Shown here: positions 39,698-49,148 of the stretch, piece by piece | Position numbering within the stretch: the stretch's first letter is position 1 | How the letters are laid out: each line of letters opens with the position of its first letter | DNA from: an uncultured delta proteobacterium | GTDB lineage: Bacteria; Desulfobacterota; Binatia; UBA9968 | Length of the DNA stretch: 64,000 bases | NCBI GenBank assembly: GCA_963728565.1 | Contig: CAVSLC010000006.1 | Span: forward strand, 32,001 to 96,000 | Direction of reading: 5' to 3' | Notes under the pieces: model-generated | Database searches by the model: none | Told to the model about the DNA's origin: nothing | The model's input: the letters and a program-made list of their open reading frames with translations, nothing else | Position numbers and translations under genes: made by a program

Positions 39698-40693
39698 ATG
39701 AATCGAAAAACATCCGTATGCGCCATAACTGTTTTTTTTCTTTGCATCGGTTGGCGCGCCATGGCGCAGGACAAACTTAGAATGGGGTTGAGCTCGGTGA
39801 GCGGTTTGCACACCGCTGTCTGGGTGGCTGAAACAAAAGGACTCTTTCGCAAACATGGCATCGATCCTGAAGTGATCGTCACCGGCCAGGGTGGGACCGC
39901 CGGCATCAGTGCGCTCATCGCCAACGACGTGCAGATGGTGAATTCAGCCGGTGATGTCTTGGTCGCAGCTTCGTTGCGCGGCGGCGATACGGTCATGGTC
40001 GCCAGTGTTGTCAACAAAGGACTGCAACGCCTTATTACCAGGCCGGACATAAAGACGCCCGCGGAGCTGAAGGGAAAGCGGGTTGGCGTCACTCGCATCG
40101 GCGCGGTTTCCCATTCGGTTCTGCTCATGATGCTGCAGCGTTGGAAGATGAGCGTGAATGATGTCCAGGTCCTTCAACTCGGTTCCTCGCCGAGTATGCT
40201 GGCGAGCCTCGACAAGGGAGGTATCGAAGGAGCCGTGGTGACGATTCCTTCGATGTTCGTCGCCGAAGATCGCGGCTATAGAGTGTTGCTCGACATGGCG
40301 GATACGGATATTTACTACCTGCACACGATGGTCGCGACAACGCGCCAATACATCAAAAACAATCGCGACAAAGTGGTGCGATTTCTCAAGGGTTACGTCG
40401 AAGGAATTGCGTTCGTCAAGCATAACAAGCAGGAGAGTTTGGACATCGTCAAGAAGAAGCTTCGCATCGGTCCCGAGCAGGAAAAAAACCTGGAACGCTC
40501 CATAGATCTGTTAATCGCGAAATACTACGAGTCTGTGCCATATCCGTCCTTGCGCGGCGTCGAAACGGTGCTCGGCTTCATCGAAAAGGACAATCCGAAA
40601 GCCAAAGGCGCGGACCCTAAAATGTTTGTCGATGATAGCCTGCTGCGCGAGGTCGAAGCGAGCGGCTTCGTAAAAACACTTTACCAACGTTAG
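39698..40693 (+). CDS. ABC-type substrate-binding protein, NMT1/SsuA-like
   Basis: Signal peptide; WVAETKGLFRKHGID; ELKGKRVGVTRIG. Confidence 0.88.
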   Translation: MNRKTSVCAITVFFLCIGWRAMAQDKLRMGLSSVSGLHTAVWVAETKGLFRKHGIDPEVIVTGQGGTAGISALIANDVQMVNSAGDVLVAASLRGGDTVMVASVVNKGLQRLITRPDIKTPAELKGKRVGVTRIGAVSHSVLLMMLQRWKMSVNDVQVLQLGSSPSMLASLDKGGIEGAVVTIPSMFVAEDRGYRVLLDMADTDIYYLHTMVATTRQYIKNNRDKVVRFLKGYVEGIAFVKHNKQESLDIVKKKLRIGPEQEKNLERSIDLLIAKYYESVPYPSLRGVETVLGFIEKDNPKAKGADPKMFVDDSLLREVEASGFVKTLYQR

Positions 40694-40771
40694 GCGACTT
40701 GATATGGAGCGGAAAACAGCGTCACCTGAATCACACAAAGATCAACGAGAGAACATAAGGAGGAAAGAACA

Positions 40772-41605
40772 ATGGCAGAAGTAAAGGATTTCAAAACCGT
40801 CAAAGTTGAAAAGGATCAGGGCATTGCCTGGGTCATTCTTAATCGTCCCGAGAAGCGCAACGCTATGAATCCCCAGCTGCACTACGACATGCTCGAGGCG
40901 CTTACCGAACTGGAAGTCGACAAAGACAGCAAAGTCGTCGTGATCACCGGCGCCGGTCCGAGCTGGTGCGCCGGTCAGGACCTGCGCGAATATTTCAGGG
41001 GAACCGATACCAACCCGGTGGAACGGCGAAAAGCCAGCTGGGCCTCTCAGGAGTGGCGCTGGCGCCGGCTATTTACTTTTCCGAAACCGACCATCGCGAT
41101 GGTCAACGGCTTTTGTTTCGGCGGCGCGTTTACGCCATTGATCGCCTGTGATTTCGCGATTGCCGCCGAGGATGCGATCTTTGGACTGAGCGAAATCAAC
41201 TGGGGGATTTTCCCCGGCGGGCTGGTGAGCCGGGTGCTTGCCGATGCCATGTGCTACCGAGATGCGATGTGGTACATCATGACCGGCGATCCGTTTGACG
41301 GGAAAAAGGCTGCGGAATTGAAGCTGATCAATTACGCCGTGCCGAAAGAACAACTGCGTGACGAGACCGTCAAGCTTGCCAAGAAATTGATGGAAAAAAA
41401 TCCCCAGGTGCTCAGAGCCGCCAAGGAAGTGTTCAAGTACTGCCGCACCATGGACTACAACCAGGCGGAAGAGTATATGAGCGCCAAAGGCACTGCGCTT
41501 CGTCTGACGGATCCGGAGAAGGGCCGTGAGACGGGCATGAAACAGTTTCTCGATGAGAAGACCTACCGGCCCGGGCTGGGCGCTTACAACCGCGAGGCCA
41601 AGTAG
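40772..41605 (+). CDS. ech: p-Hydroxycinnamoyl/feruloyl-CoA hydratase-lyase (HCHL)
   Basis: NRPEKRNAM, AGQDLREYFR, KPTIAMVNGFCFGGAF, GLSEINWGI.PGG, QFLDEKTYRPGLGAY. Confidence 0.88.
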   Translation: MAEVKDFKTVKVEKDQGIAWVILNRPEKRNAMNPQLHYDMLEALTELEVDKDSKVVVITGAGPSWCAGQDLREYFRGTDTNPVERRKASWASQEWRWRRLFTFPKPTIAMVNGFCFGGAFTPLIACDFAIAAEDAIFGLSEINWGIFPGGLVSRVLADAMCYRDAMWYIMTGDPFDGKKAAELKLINYAVPKEQLRDETVKLAKKLMEKNPQVLRAAKEVFKYCRTMDYNQAEEYMSAKGTALRLTDPEKGRETGMKQFLDEKTYRPGLGAYNREAK

Positions 41606-41620
41606 GTAGAAATTCAGATA

Positions 41621-41688
41621 GGTCAGAAGTCAGAGGTCAGAAAGTTGCCATACCGGAGCTGAGTAATTCGGATCTCTGACTTCTGATC
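41621..41688. repeat. Periodic palindrome family D ((GTCAGAn)3 ... inverted)
   Basis: GGTCAGAAGTCAGAGGTCAGAA and TCTCTGACTTCTGATC. Confidence 0.65.
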
Positions 41689-41707
41689 GAGCGAATCTGG
41701 TTTAAAT

Positions 41708-42871
41708 ATGGACTTCAATTTACCCGAAGAGTTGCAGCTCTTAAAAGAGACCGTTCGCAAATTCGTCGACAGAGAGCTGATTCCGTTGGAGCGCGAGTGC
41801 CGGCCTGAGGGCGAGGACATGCCGGAACAATACATCAGACCGCTCCAGGAGAAAGCAAAGGCTATCGGTCTTTGGCTGTTGGACGTGCCGCCTGAGTACG
41901 GCGGCGCGGGCCTCGATCTGATGAGCCGTTGCGTCATCATGGAAGAGGTCGCGCGCACGGTCGCGATTCCGTTTCGCTATGCGCCGATCTTTGGCCCGGA
42001 AGTCCGGCCGGTGCTGTTTCATTGTAACGAGGAACAAAAGGAACGTTTTCTTTACCCGGTGATACGCGGCGAGAAGCGCGTTTGCTTCGCGCAAACCGAA
42101 CCCGACGCCGGTAGCGATCCGGCAGGCATGAAAACCCGCGCCGTCAAGAATGGCGATCACTACATTATCAATGGCACAAAACGTTTCATCACCGGCGCCA
42201 AGTCGGCGGATTACGCTCAGGTGATCGCTGTGACCGATCCGGAAAAAGGCGCGCGTGGCGGCGTAACCTGTTTCATCGTCGATATGAAGGCGCCGGGTGT
42301 CACGTTGGAGCGCCTCTGGCCAACGATGATGGGCGACACGCCAGGACAGATTCTCTTCGAAGATGTGCGCGTGCCTGCGGCGAACATCATCGGCGGCGAG
42401 GGCCAGGGCTTTGCGATCGCCCAGGGCTGGATACAAGAGGGACGCATTCGCGGCCACGGCGCGCGTCCGGTCGGCATCGCCAGCCGCGCGCTGGATATGA
42501 TGATCGAATATTCCAAGGTGCGCACCACTTTCGGCCGCCCGCTGGCTGACCGGCAGGCGATCCAGTTTATGATCGCGGATTCGGCGATGGAGCTGCACGC
42601 TTGTCGGCTGATGGTCTATGAGTGCGCCTGGCGTCATGACCGCGGTGAGGATGTCCGGCAATTATCGTACATGACCAAAATCATGTGCGCCGAAATGGCC
42701 AGCCGGGTGGTCGACCGATCGATTCAAGTGCATGGCGGATTAGGGCTGATGCGGGATCTGCCGCTCGAGTGGTGGTATCGCCAGGTGCGCAGTATCCGCA
42801 TTACCGAAGGAACTCCGGAAGTTTTGCGTTGGCGTCTCGCCCAGCACATCATCAAGAATCACAAATCCTGA
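41708..42871 (+). CDS. Acyl-CoA dehydrogenase
   Basis: FAQTEPDAGSD, NGTKRFIT, QVHGGLG, RITEGTPEV. Confidence 0.92.
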   Translation: MDFNLPEELQLLKETVRKFVDRELIPLERECRPEGEDMPEQYIRPLQEKAKAIGLWLLDVPPEYGGAGLDLMSRCVIMEEVARTVAIPFRYAPIFGPEVRPVLFHCNEEQKERFLYPVIRGEKRVCFAQTEPDAGSDPAGMKTRAVKNGDHYIINGTKRFITGAKSADYAQVIAVTDPEKGARGGVTCFIVDMKAPGVTLERLWPTMMGDTPGQILFEDVRVPAANIIGGEGQGFAIAQGWIQEGRIRGHGARPVGIASRALDMMIEYSKVRTTFGRPLADRQAIQFMIADSAMELHACRLMVYECAWRHDRGEDVRQLSYMTKIMCAEMASRVVDRSIQVHGGLGLMRDLPLEWWYRQVRSIRITEGTPEVLRWRLAQHIIKNHKS

Positions 42872-42980
42872 CAGACTGCTGAAAAGACTCATATGCTTCG
42901 TTACCCCCGATCGACTGAAATGTACGTCCCGCGCGCCGACCTTTGCGCCCCTCGCATTTGAGATCTTTTGAGCAGTCTGT
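42871..42980. repeat. MITE-like palindromic element M, diverged copy (reverse orientation)
   Basis: ACAGACTGCTGAAAAGACTCATATGCTTCGTT...GAGATCTTTTGAGCAGTCTGT. Confidence 0.8.
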
Positions 42981-42994
42981 AAAAAAAATTATCG

Positions 42995-44203
42995 ATGACT
43001 ATTACGAATAGGTCAGCGGCGCTACTGCCGGGATTTCGAGTGCTGGATCTGACATCGTCCATGGGCGCGCTATGCGGTAAATTGCTCGGCGATATGGGCA
43101 TGGACGTCATCAAAATCGAACCCCCGGAAGGGGACTCGGCGCGTTCCGAACCGCCCTTTGCCAACGGCCATGCGCACCGCGAAGGCAGTCTTCGTTTTGC
43201 TTATCTCAACGCCGGCAAACGAAGTATTACATTAGATATTACAAAACCCCACGGTAAGCGGTTATTGCTATGGCTAACGAAGAGTGCCGATATCGTACTC
43301 GAAACTTTCGCGCCGGGTTTTCTCGCGTCGCACAATTTGGCTTATAGCGATCTGATCGAGACCCAAAACAAACTCATCCTGGGGTCGCTTACAGGCTTCG
43401 GCCAAGACGGACCCTACGCGCATTTCAAGACGCCGGACATCGTCGGCACCGCCATGGGTGGATTGCTCTACATCAGCGGCGACCCGAAGATGGCACCCTG
43501 CAATCCGCCGGAAACTCAATCGTATTACTATGCCAGCCTATTCGCCGCCTACGGCATTACCTTGGCTCTCTGGCAGCGGGAGACCCGAGGCATCGGTGCG
43601 TACATCGACGCTTCCGTTCAAGCCAGTATGGCGCTGCACGAACATGTGGCCTTCAACTATTCCGCCGAGGGCCGGGTGATGAAGCGCGCCGGCAGCCAGC
43701 ACCAGCACAATGCGCCAGCGAATCTGTTTGAATGCAAGAACGGCTACATCGCTCTGTTCGTCACCCAGGCTCATTGGCCGTTGTTGCTCAAGGTCTGGGA
43801 AGATCACGCGCCGGAACTCGACGATCCCAAATGGATCAACAGCAACCTGCGGCGTGCTAACGCTGACTATATCAACGCGCAGGTGACCACGTTTACATCC
43901 CGCTTCCTTAAAGAAGACCTTGCCGAACTGCTGCAGAAGCACGGCATACCCGGGTTGCCGGTCAACACGCCATCTGACTTTATGCAGGACCCGCACATCC
44001 GGGCGCGAGGGTTCTTCGCCACCGTGACACATCCTGTGCTCGGCTCGTTCGAGCAGCCGGGAAGTCCGTTTATGGTGAATGGTCAACGCGCGGCGGCGGC
44101 GGCCGCACCGCTTTTGGGCCAGCACAATCAGGAGATCTTTTGCGGCGAGCTCGGTTTGGAACCGAATGAATTGGCGGTTCTGGCGGCGGATGGTGTGATC
44201 TAA
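42995..44203 (+). CDS. Family III CoA-transferase, BbsE-like (probably non-catalytic) subunit
   Basis: LGDMGMDVIKIEPPEGD, NAGKRSITLD, GFGQDGPY; expected catalytic Asp position reads QSYYYAS. Confidence 0.85.
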   Translation: MTITNRSAALLPGFRVLDLTSSMGALCGKLLGDMGMDVIKIEPPEGDSARSEPPFANGHAHREGSLRFAYLNAGKRSITLDITKPHGKRLLLWLTKSADIVLETFAPGFLASHNLAYSDLIETQNKLILGSLTGFGQDGPYAHFKTPDIVGTAMGGLLYISGDPKMAPCNPPETQSYYYASLFAAYGITLALWQRETRGIGAYIDASVQASMALHEHVAFNYSAEGRVMKRAGSQHQHNAPANLFECKNGYIALFVTQAHWPLLLKVWEDHAPELDDPKWINSNLRRANADYINAQVTTFTSRFLKEDLAELLQKHGIPGLPVNTPSDFMQDPHIRARGFFATVTHPVLGSFEQPGSPFMVNGQRAAAAAAPLLGQHNQEIFCGELGLEPNELAVLAADGVI

Positions 44204-44309
44204 AAAATTCTCAAGTATCAATTTAGATGGGTTGCTTGAACGGTACACAGATGATCTTTACTGCGATTCGCGAATGAATTTACATGATGGCTAACGAACG
44301 GACTAAATC

Positions 44310-45524
44310 GTGTTGAGCGCGAATCGCATATTGGAAGGGGTGCGAATCCTCACCTTCACGACCGGGTATGCCGGTCCCTATGCCGGCAGGTTGCTGGCGA
44401 GCTACGGCGCTGAGGTCATCAAAATCGAGTCCCGAAAAGGCGGCCTCGACACTTTCCGCCATTACGGCCAACACCAAGACATCGACGCGGCGCCGCGCTT
44501 CATCGAGTGCAATCTGGGCGTTCGCTCGCTGAGCGTCAATCTCAAGCATCCGATCGGCCAGCGGCTAATCAAAGAGCTCGCCGGAAAGGCGGATGCGATT
44601 TTGCAAAACTTTCGTCCCAGAGTATTGGATAAACTCGGTTTAGGCGACGACGAGCTTCGCAAAGTTAATCCTAAGCTTGCGATTCTTAAAATGCCCGGCT
44701 TCGGCTCCGACGGACCCAAGAGCAGCTATGGAACGTGGGGGTTCAATTTGACTGCGTTCTCAGGCATGACCTATCTGTGGAATCACCCGGAACAGGATCG
44801 CCCGATCGGCAGCCAGGGAGTGTATCCCGATCATTTGGGATTCATCATCGGACCGACCTTGATGGTCGCTGCCTTATTAAACAGCCGCCGGACGGGGAAA
44901 GGAGTCACCATCGATTTGGCGCAGATCGAAGGCACCGCTTATACGCTCGGCACAACCTATCTCGAGGCTTCGGTTAACGGCGATGATCCAAAACCCCAAG
45001 GCAATCATTATGGCGTGGCGGCGCCGCATGGCTGTTACCGGTGCCGGGGCGATGATCGATGGTGCGTGATCTCAGTGCGAAACGACGATGAATGGCGCAG
45101 CTTCTGCAGCATCGTCGGTGCGCCGGAGTTGACTGGCGACAGCCGGTTTGCCGATTGTCAGGCGCGACTCAAGCATTCATCCGAACTCGATGCCATCGTG
45201 CAGCAGTGGACGGAAACAAGAAGCGCGGAAGACATAATGACCAGGCTCCAAGCCTCGGGCGTTGCGGCCGGAGTGGTGCAAACTGGCGCCGACTTACTGA
45301 GCGATCCGCAGCTGAGGCATCGAAACTACTTTGCGGCGTTTCCTGATTCTCTCATCGGCGCGTTTGAAGTCCCGCGCGGCGGCATTCTATTCAAGGGAAT
45401 GGAGGAAGAGCCTTTTCGTTTACCCAATCGATTCGGTTCCGACAATGATCGGATTCTCGGCGAAATCCTGGGATACGATAAAGTGACCATCGATCAATGG
45501 CGCGGGGAAGATGTTCTTACTTGA
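44310..45524 (+). CDS. Family III CoA-transferase, BbsF-like subunit
   Basis: LASYGAEVIKIES, NFRPRVL, MPGFGSDGP, YPDH (Asp), APHGCYRC. Confidence 0.88.
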   Translation: MLSANRILEGVRILTFTTGYAGPYAGRLLASYGAEVIKIESRKGGLDTFRHYGQHQDIDAAPRFIECNLGVRSLSVNLKHPIGQRLIKELAGKADAILQNFRPRVLDKLGLGDDELRKVNPKLAILKMPGFGSDGPKSSYGTWGFNLTAFSGMTYLWNHPEQDRPIGSQGVYPDHLGFIIGPTLMVAALLNSRRTGKGVTIDLAQIEGTAYTLGTTYLEASVNGDDPKPQGNHYGVAAPHGCYRCRGDDRWCVISVRNDDEWRSFCSIVGAPELTGDSRFADCQARLKHSSELDAIVQQWTETRSAEDIMTRLQASGVAAGVVQTGADLLSDPQLRHRNYFAAFPDSLIGAFEVPRGGILFKGMEEEPFRLPNRFGSDNDRILGEILGYDKVTIDQWRGEDVLT

Positions 45525-45560
45525 CGGCCGTCGCGAACAGCTCTCCAAAAGGAGGCGCCC

Positions 45561-46544
45561 ATGTTGTTGAAGTCCTCTGTCATCGTAACGACTGTGCTGT
45601 TTCTACTGCATGCTGCACCGTGCGGCTCCCAAGATAGAATCAGGCTTCGTGTTAGCTCGGCGACCAAGACGCTCGGCTACGGTCCACTGTGGATTGCGTC
45701 GAAGATGGGTTTCTTCGAACGCCAGGGACTCGATGTCGATTTGGTTGTCATTCGGGCGTCCGACGTGGGTATTCAAGCGCTGGCCGGAGGTTCGCTGGAA
45801 ATTGCCGGGAGCTCCGCCGACGCTCCTATAGCCGCCATCGAGAAGGGACTGGATCTGGTGATGATCGGCGGCATCATCAACGGCCTTACCCAGTCGATCA
45901 TGGCGGCTAAGAAGTACAAAACTTACGCCGATTTGCGTGGCGCGACGTTCGGCGCCATAAGTCTGACTTCCGGTGTGACGTTTGCGCTCAGGCAGGTGCT
46001 GAAGGTCAAAGGGCTGGAGTATCCGCGCGATTACAAGCTTCTGGTCATCGGCGGAACGCCGCAGACGTACGCGGCTTTGACCGCCGGCCAGATCGACGCA
46101 GCGGCGCTGTCGCTGCCGGTCAATTACGCCGCGGAAGAGCAGGGCTTCAATGAAATCGGCAAGTTCGTCGATGTGATTCCCAACTATCAGCTTGCGGCGT
46201 TCTCTCTGAAGCGCTCCTGGGGAGAGAAAAACCGGCCGGTTGTGATGCGCTTCTCGAAGGCCATGGCTCAGACCATGCGCTGGATCTATCAAAACAAACA
46301 ACCAGCGGTGGACTTCCTTGCCAGAGAAATGAACCTCAAACCCGATCATGCCCGGCGCGGGTGGGAGTTTTATACGGGCAGCCGCATGTGGCATCCCGAC
46401 GGCGATCTCAACCTAGACGGCCTCCAGGTGGTTACCCAGATTTACGCCGAACAAACCCAAGCCAAAGGTCCGGTGTCGAACGCGGTCAAATATATCGATC
46501 AGAGTTATCTAAAAGAAGCGCTCAAAGAGCTTGGCAGCCAATAG
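45561..46544 (+). CDS. ABC-type substrate-binding protein, NMT1/SsuA-like
   Basis: Signal peptide; PLWIASKMGFFERQGLDV; AGQIDAA. Confidence 0.88.
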   Translation: MLLKSSVIVTTVLFLLHAAPCGSQDRIRLRVSSATKTLGYGPLWIASKMGFFERQGLDVDLVVIRASDVGIQALAGGSLEIAGSSADAPIAAIEKGLDLVMIGGIINGLTQSIMAAKKYKTYADLRGATFGAISLTSGVTFALRQVLKVKGLEYPRDYKLLVIGGTPQTYAALTAGQIDAAALSLPVNYAAEEQGFNEIGKFVDVIPNYQLAAFSLKRSWGEKNRPVVMRFSKAMAQTMRWIYQNKQPAVDFLAREMNLKPDHARRGWEFYTGSRMWHPDGDLNLDGLQVVTQIYAEQTQAKGPVSNAVKYIDQSYLKEALKELGSQ

Positions 46545-46567
46545 CGATTTGCCGGGCGAAAGACAGT

Positions 46568-47611
46568 ATGCACAAACTCATTTCAACGGCTGTTTGTTGC
46601 TTGATCGCATCGGTTGCTCTGGTTCCGTTTTCAAGCCATGCAGCGGAAGCAGCTACCGCGGATGTTTACCAGGGCAAGACAGTACGTATCTTGGTCGGCT
46701 ATCCGCCCGGAGGCGGCTATGATTTTTACGCGCGCCTCATGGCGCGCTACATCGGCAAGTACATTCCCGGCAATCCCGATTTTATAGTGGAAAACATGCC
46801 TGGGGCCGGGAGCTTGGCTTCAGCGAACTACCTGTACAAGCTGGCAAAGAACGACGGGCTGACCTTGGGACATTTCAGCGGCTCGTTGTTTCCGCTCCAA
46901 GCAATGGGCCAAAACGAAATCCAGTTCGATTCGGTAAAGTTCGAATACGTCGGCGGCGTAGCCAAGGTGGAAATCGTCTGCGGCTTTCCAAAAGCCGGCG
47001 GCGTCGACAGTGTCGAGAAATGGATGGCGCTAAAAACTCCGCCTAGGCTGGGGGCCACCGCTCCCGGAACCGGCGGTCACGACACTTCGCGGGTAATCCA
47101 CGCGACCACCGGGCTGCCAATGCAACTAGTGCTCGGTTACAAGAGTACCGGAGATATGCGCCTGGCGATCGAAAGAGGCGAGCTTAATGGAACTTGCAAC
47201 GGCTGGGAAACCTTTCGCTCGCTGTGGAAAAAATCGATCGAAAGCGGCGATCTGACAATTGTCTTGCAAGCGCTGCCCAAACCGCATGCGGATCTGCCCA
47301 AAGTTCCGCTGGTTATCGATTACGCCAAGACCGAGGAGGCGCGCCGGTTGATCCAATTAGGTATTCACGACGTCAGCGCAATCGCGAGGCCGTTTGTGCT
47401 CCCGCCGGGAACTGCCAAGGACCGAGTCCAACTTTTCCGGCAGGCTTTTTGGGCGACCATGAGCGATGCCGGTTTTCTGGCCGACGCGGAAAAATCAAAT
47501 CTCGATATCAGTCCGCTGAGTGGCGAGGAATTAGAGAGAACTGTTCATGGCCTAGTGAAAACGAATCCCGCCTTATTGTCGAAACTCAAACAGATTCTTA
47601 CCCCGCAATAA
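46568..47611 (+). CDS. Tripartite tricarboxylate transporter substrate-binding protein (Bug/TctC)
   Basis: YQGKTVRILVGYPPGGGYD, VENMPGAGS, DGLT, RPFVLPPG. Confidence 0.88.
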   Translation: MHKLISTAVCCLIASVALVPFSSHAAEAATADVYQGKTVRILVGYPPGGGYDFYARLMARYIGKYIPGNPDFIVENMPGAGSLASANYLYKLAKNDGLTLGHFSGSLFPLQAMGQNEIQFDSVKFEYVGGVAKVEIVCGFPKAGGVDSVEKWMALKTPPRLGATAPGTGGHDTSRVIHATTGLPMQLVLGYKSTGDMRLAIERGELNGTCNGWETFRSLWKKSIESGDLTIVLQALPKPHADLPKVPLVIDYAKTEEARRLIQLGIHDVSAIARPFVLPPGTAKDRVQLFRQAFWATMSDAGFLADAEKSNLDISPLSGEELERTVHGLVKTNPALLSKLKQILTPQ

Positions 47612-47953
47612 TGTCGGTATAGTGCCGATGCCACAATCAAACACAATCTAGCCGGCCACGACGCGCCACCGCCGGCGCATCCCGTCATTAGCAGAGAATC
47701 GCTCGGCGATAGCCAAAGAGCAGCGTAACCTCTGCTCGGATATAAACGCGACACGGTTGGCGCATTTTTCGGCCACGGACGTCAGTCATGGCTTTACTTC
47801 GCGCCTGTCTCTTCATTAAGCCATAGCAACTTCGGCTACAATGTGTACCCAAAGTTGCGCTTTCGATCCCCGGTCAACCTGCAAGGTTACGCAAGTTTAG
47901 AACTCTTGCCGCAATTTCGGCACTCGTTAGTCTGAAAGTTCTCCCCCCCAGCT

Positions 47954-47969
47954 TGGCATTCACGTTGCT
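47954..47969 (+). promoter_or_regulatory. Sigma54-type promoter (-24/-12)
   Basis: TGGCATTCACGTTGCT with GG-N10-GC spacing, ~48 bp upstream of ORF 48017. Confidence 0.55.
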
Positions 47970-48016
47970 CTCGGAGGTAATCGCGTTGGCGCCATTTTGA
48001 CCACTGAGGTCGGCGC

Positions 48017-48271
48017 ATGATTGAGAGACATCGTCGAATGAAGGCTAAAATAATCCCGCTCTATGGTGTCGCAAAAAGCAAGACGTCGTGTTCCCCGCCG
48101 AACAAGCACCAGCATCGTTGCCCATTGTGCCGGAGAATGACAATGGAAACCGATGAAGTCTGCGGCTTATCGATTGATCATGTATTTGCGTGCGTGCCAT
48201 GCCTAAAAGAGTATCGTTCCGGTCTGGAATCAGATAGCGATGTCGCTGGTGGTGACGTTGATCTTGAGTAA
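48017..48271 (+). CDS. Small Cys/His-rich hypothetical protein (possible zinc finger)
   Basis: CPLC...C...H...CVPC; RBS GAGG; sigma54-like promoter upstream. Confidence 0.45.
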   Translation: MIERHRRMKAKIIPLYGVAKSKTSCSPPNKHQHRCPLCRRMTMETDEVCGLSIDHVFACVPCLKEYRSGLESDSDVAGGDVDLE

Positions 48272-48367
48272 CGAACTTGTCTTTGCCGGCTATTCGCGAA
48301 ACCAACTCTTGAATATTATTTTAAGCGAACCTAAACTTAGCGATCATGTTTTTCGGACTTGCGCTGA

Positions 48368-48904
48368 GTGACTAGCCCGCCTGAAACCTTCGAAAGCGAA
48401 CGGCTGCAACTGCGAAAACCGGTATTGGCGGATGCTGAGGAGATCTTTCGCCAATATGCCCAGGATGCTGAAGTCACCAAATATTTAACCTGGCTGCCCT
48501 ACGGCAAAGTCGACGAGACTCGCGCCTTCATTCGGACTTGCCTGGCGACTTGGCAGGAAGGCAATTCCTATCATTGGACCCTGGTACGCAAAGAAGACGG
48601 TCAGCTCCTGGGTATGATCAACGCCAGAGTCGACGGTCACAAGTGGGAACTCGGTTATGTCCTGGCCCGGAGATATTGGGGCAGAGGATACATGACCGAG
48701 GCGGTCAAGTCGCTCATCGATACCGCCTTCAAAGACCCTGCGGTTTACCGCGTCTGGGCCGTGTGTGATATCAATAACGTGGCGTCGGCCCGGGTAATGG
48801 AAAAGGCCGGCATGCAACGAGAAGGACTCCTGCGCCGCTGGTCAGTTCATCCGACCATCGGCGCCGAGCCGCGCGATTCTTTTTGCTACTCCATCACCAA
48901 GTAA
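48368..48904 (+). CDS. GNAT N-acetyltransferase, RimJ/RimL-like
   Basis: ESERLQLR, ELGYVLARRYWGRGYMTEA, NVASARVMEKAGM.REG. Confidence 0.92.
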   Translation: MTSPPETFESERLQLRKPVLADAEEIFRQYAQDAEVTKYLTWLPYGKVDETRAFIRTCLATWQEGNSYHWTLVRKEDGQLLGMINARVDGHKWELGYVLARRYWGRGYMTEAVKSLIDTAFKDPAVYRVWAVCDINNVASARVMEKAGMQREGLLRRWSVHPTIGAEPRDSFCYSITK

Positions 48905-49148
48905 ATCCCTACGAATCACAAGGGTGAAAGCGGAAATCTGAAAGCGGAATCCAATTTTCAGCTTTCATCTTTCATAATTGATCTTTCCAGCAGCCTGTAA
49001 GCAGAGTTTTCTTCAGACTTAAGGTAGTCGCGAGGTTAGAGGATTCCTTGTTATTGTAAAAACCGTCGATTAGGATGGCGTGCGAAGCGGCACGACGGCG
49101 CTTGCAATCAGAGATGTCAATTTACTGGATTCTTTTGAGGTGAAGTTC

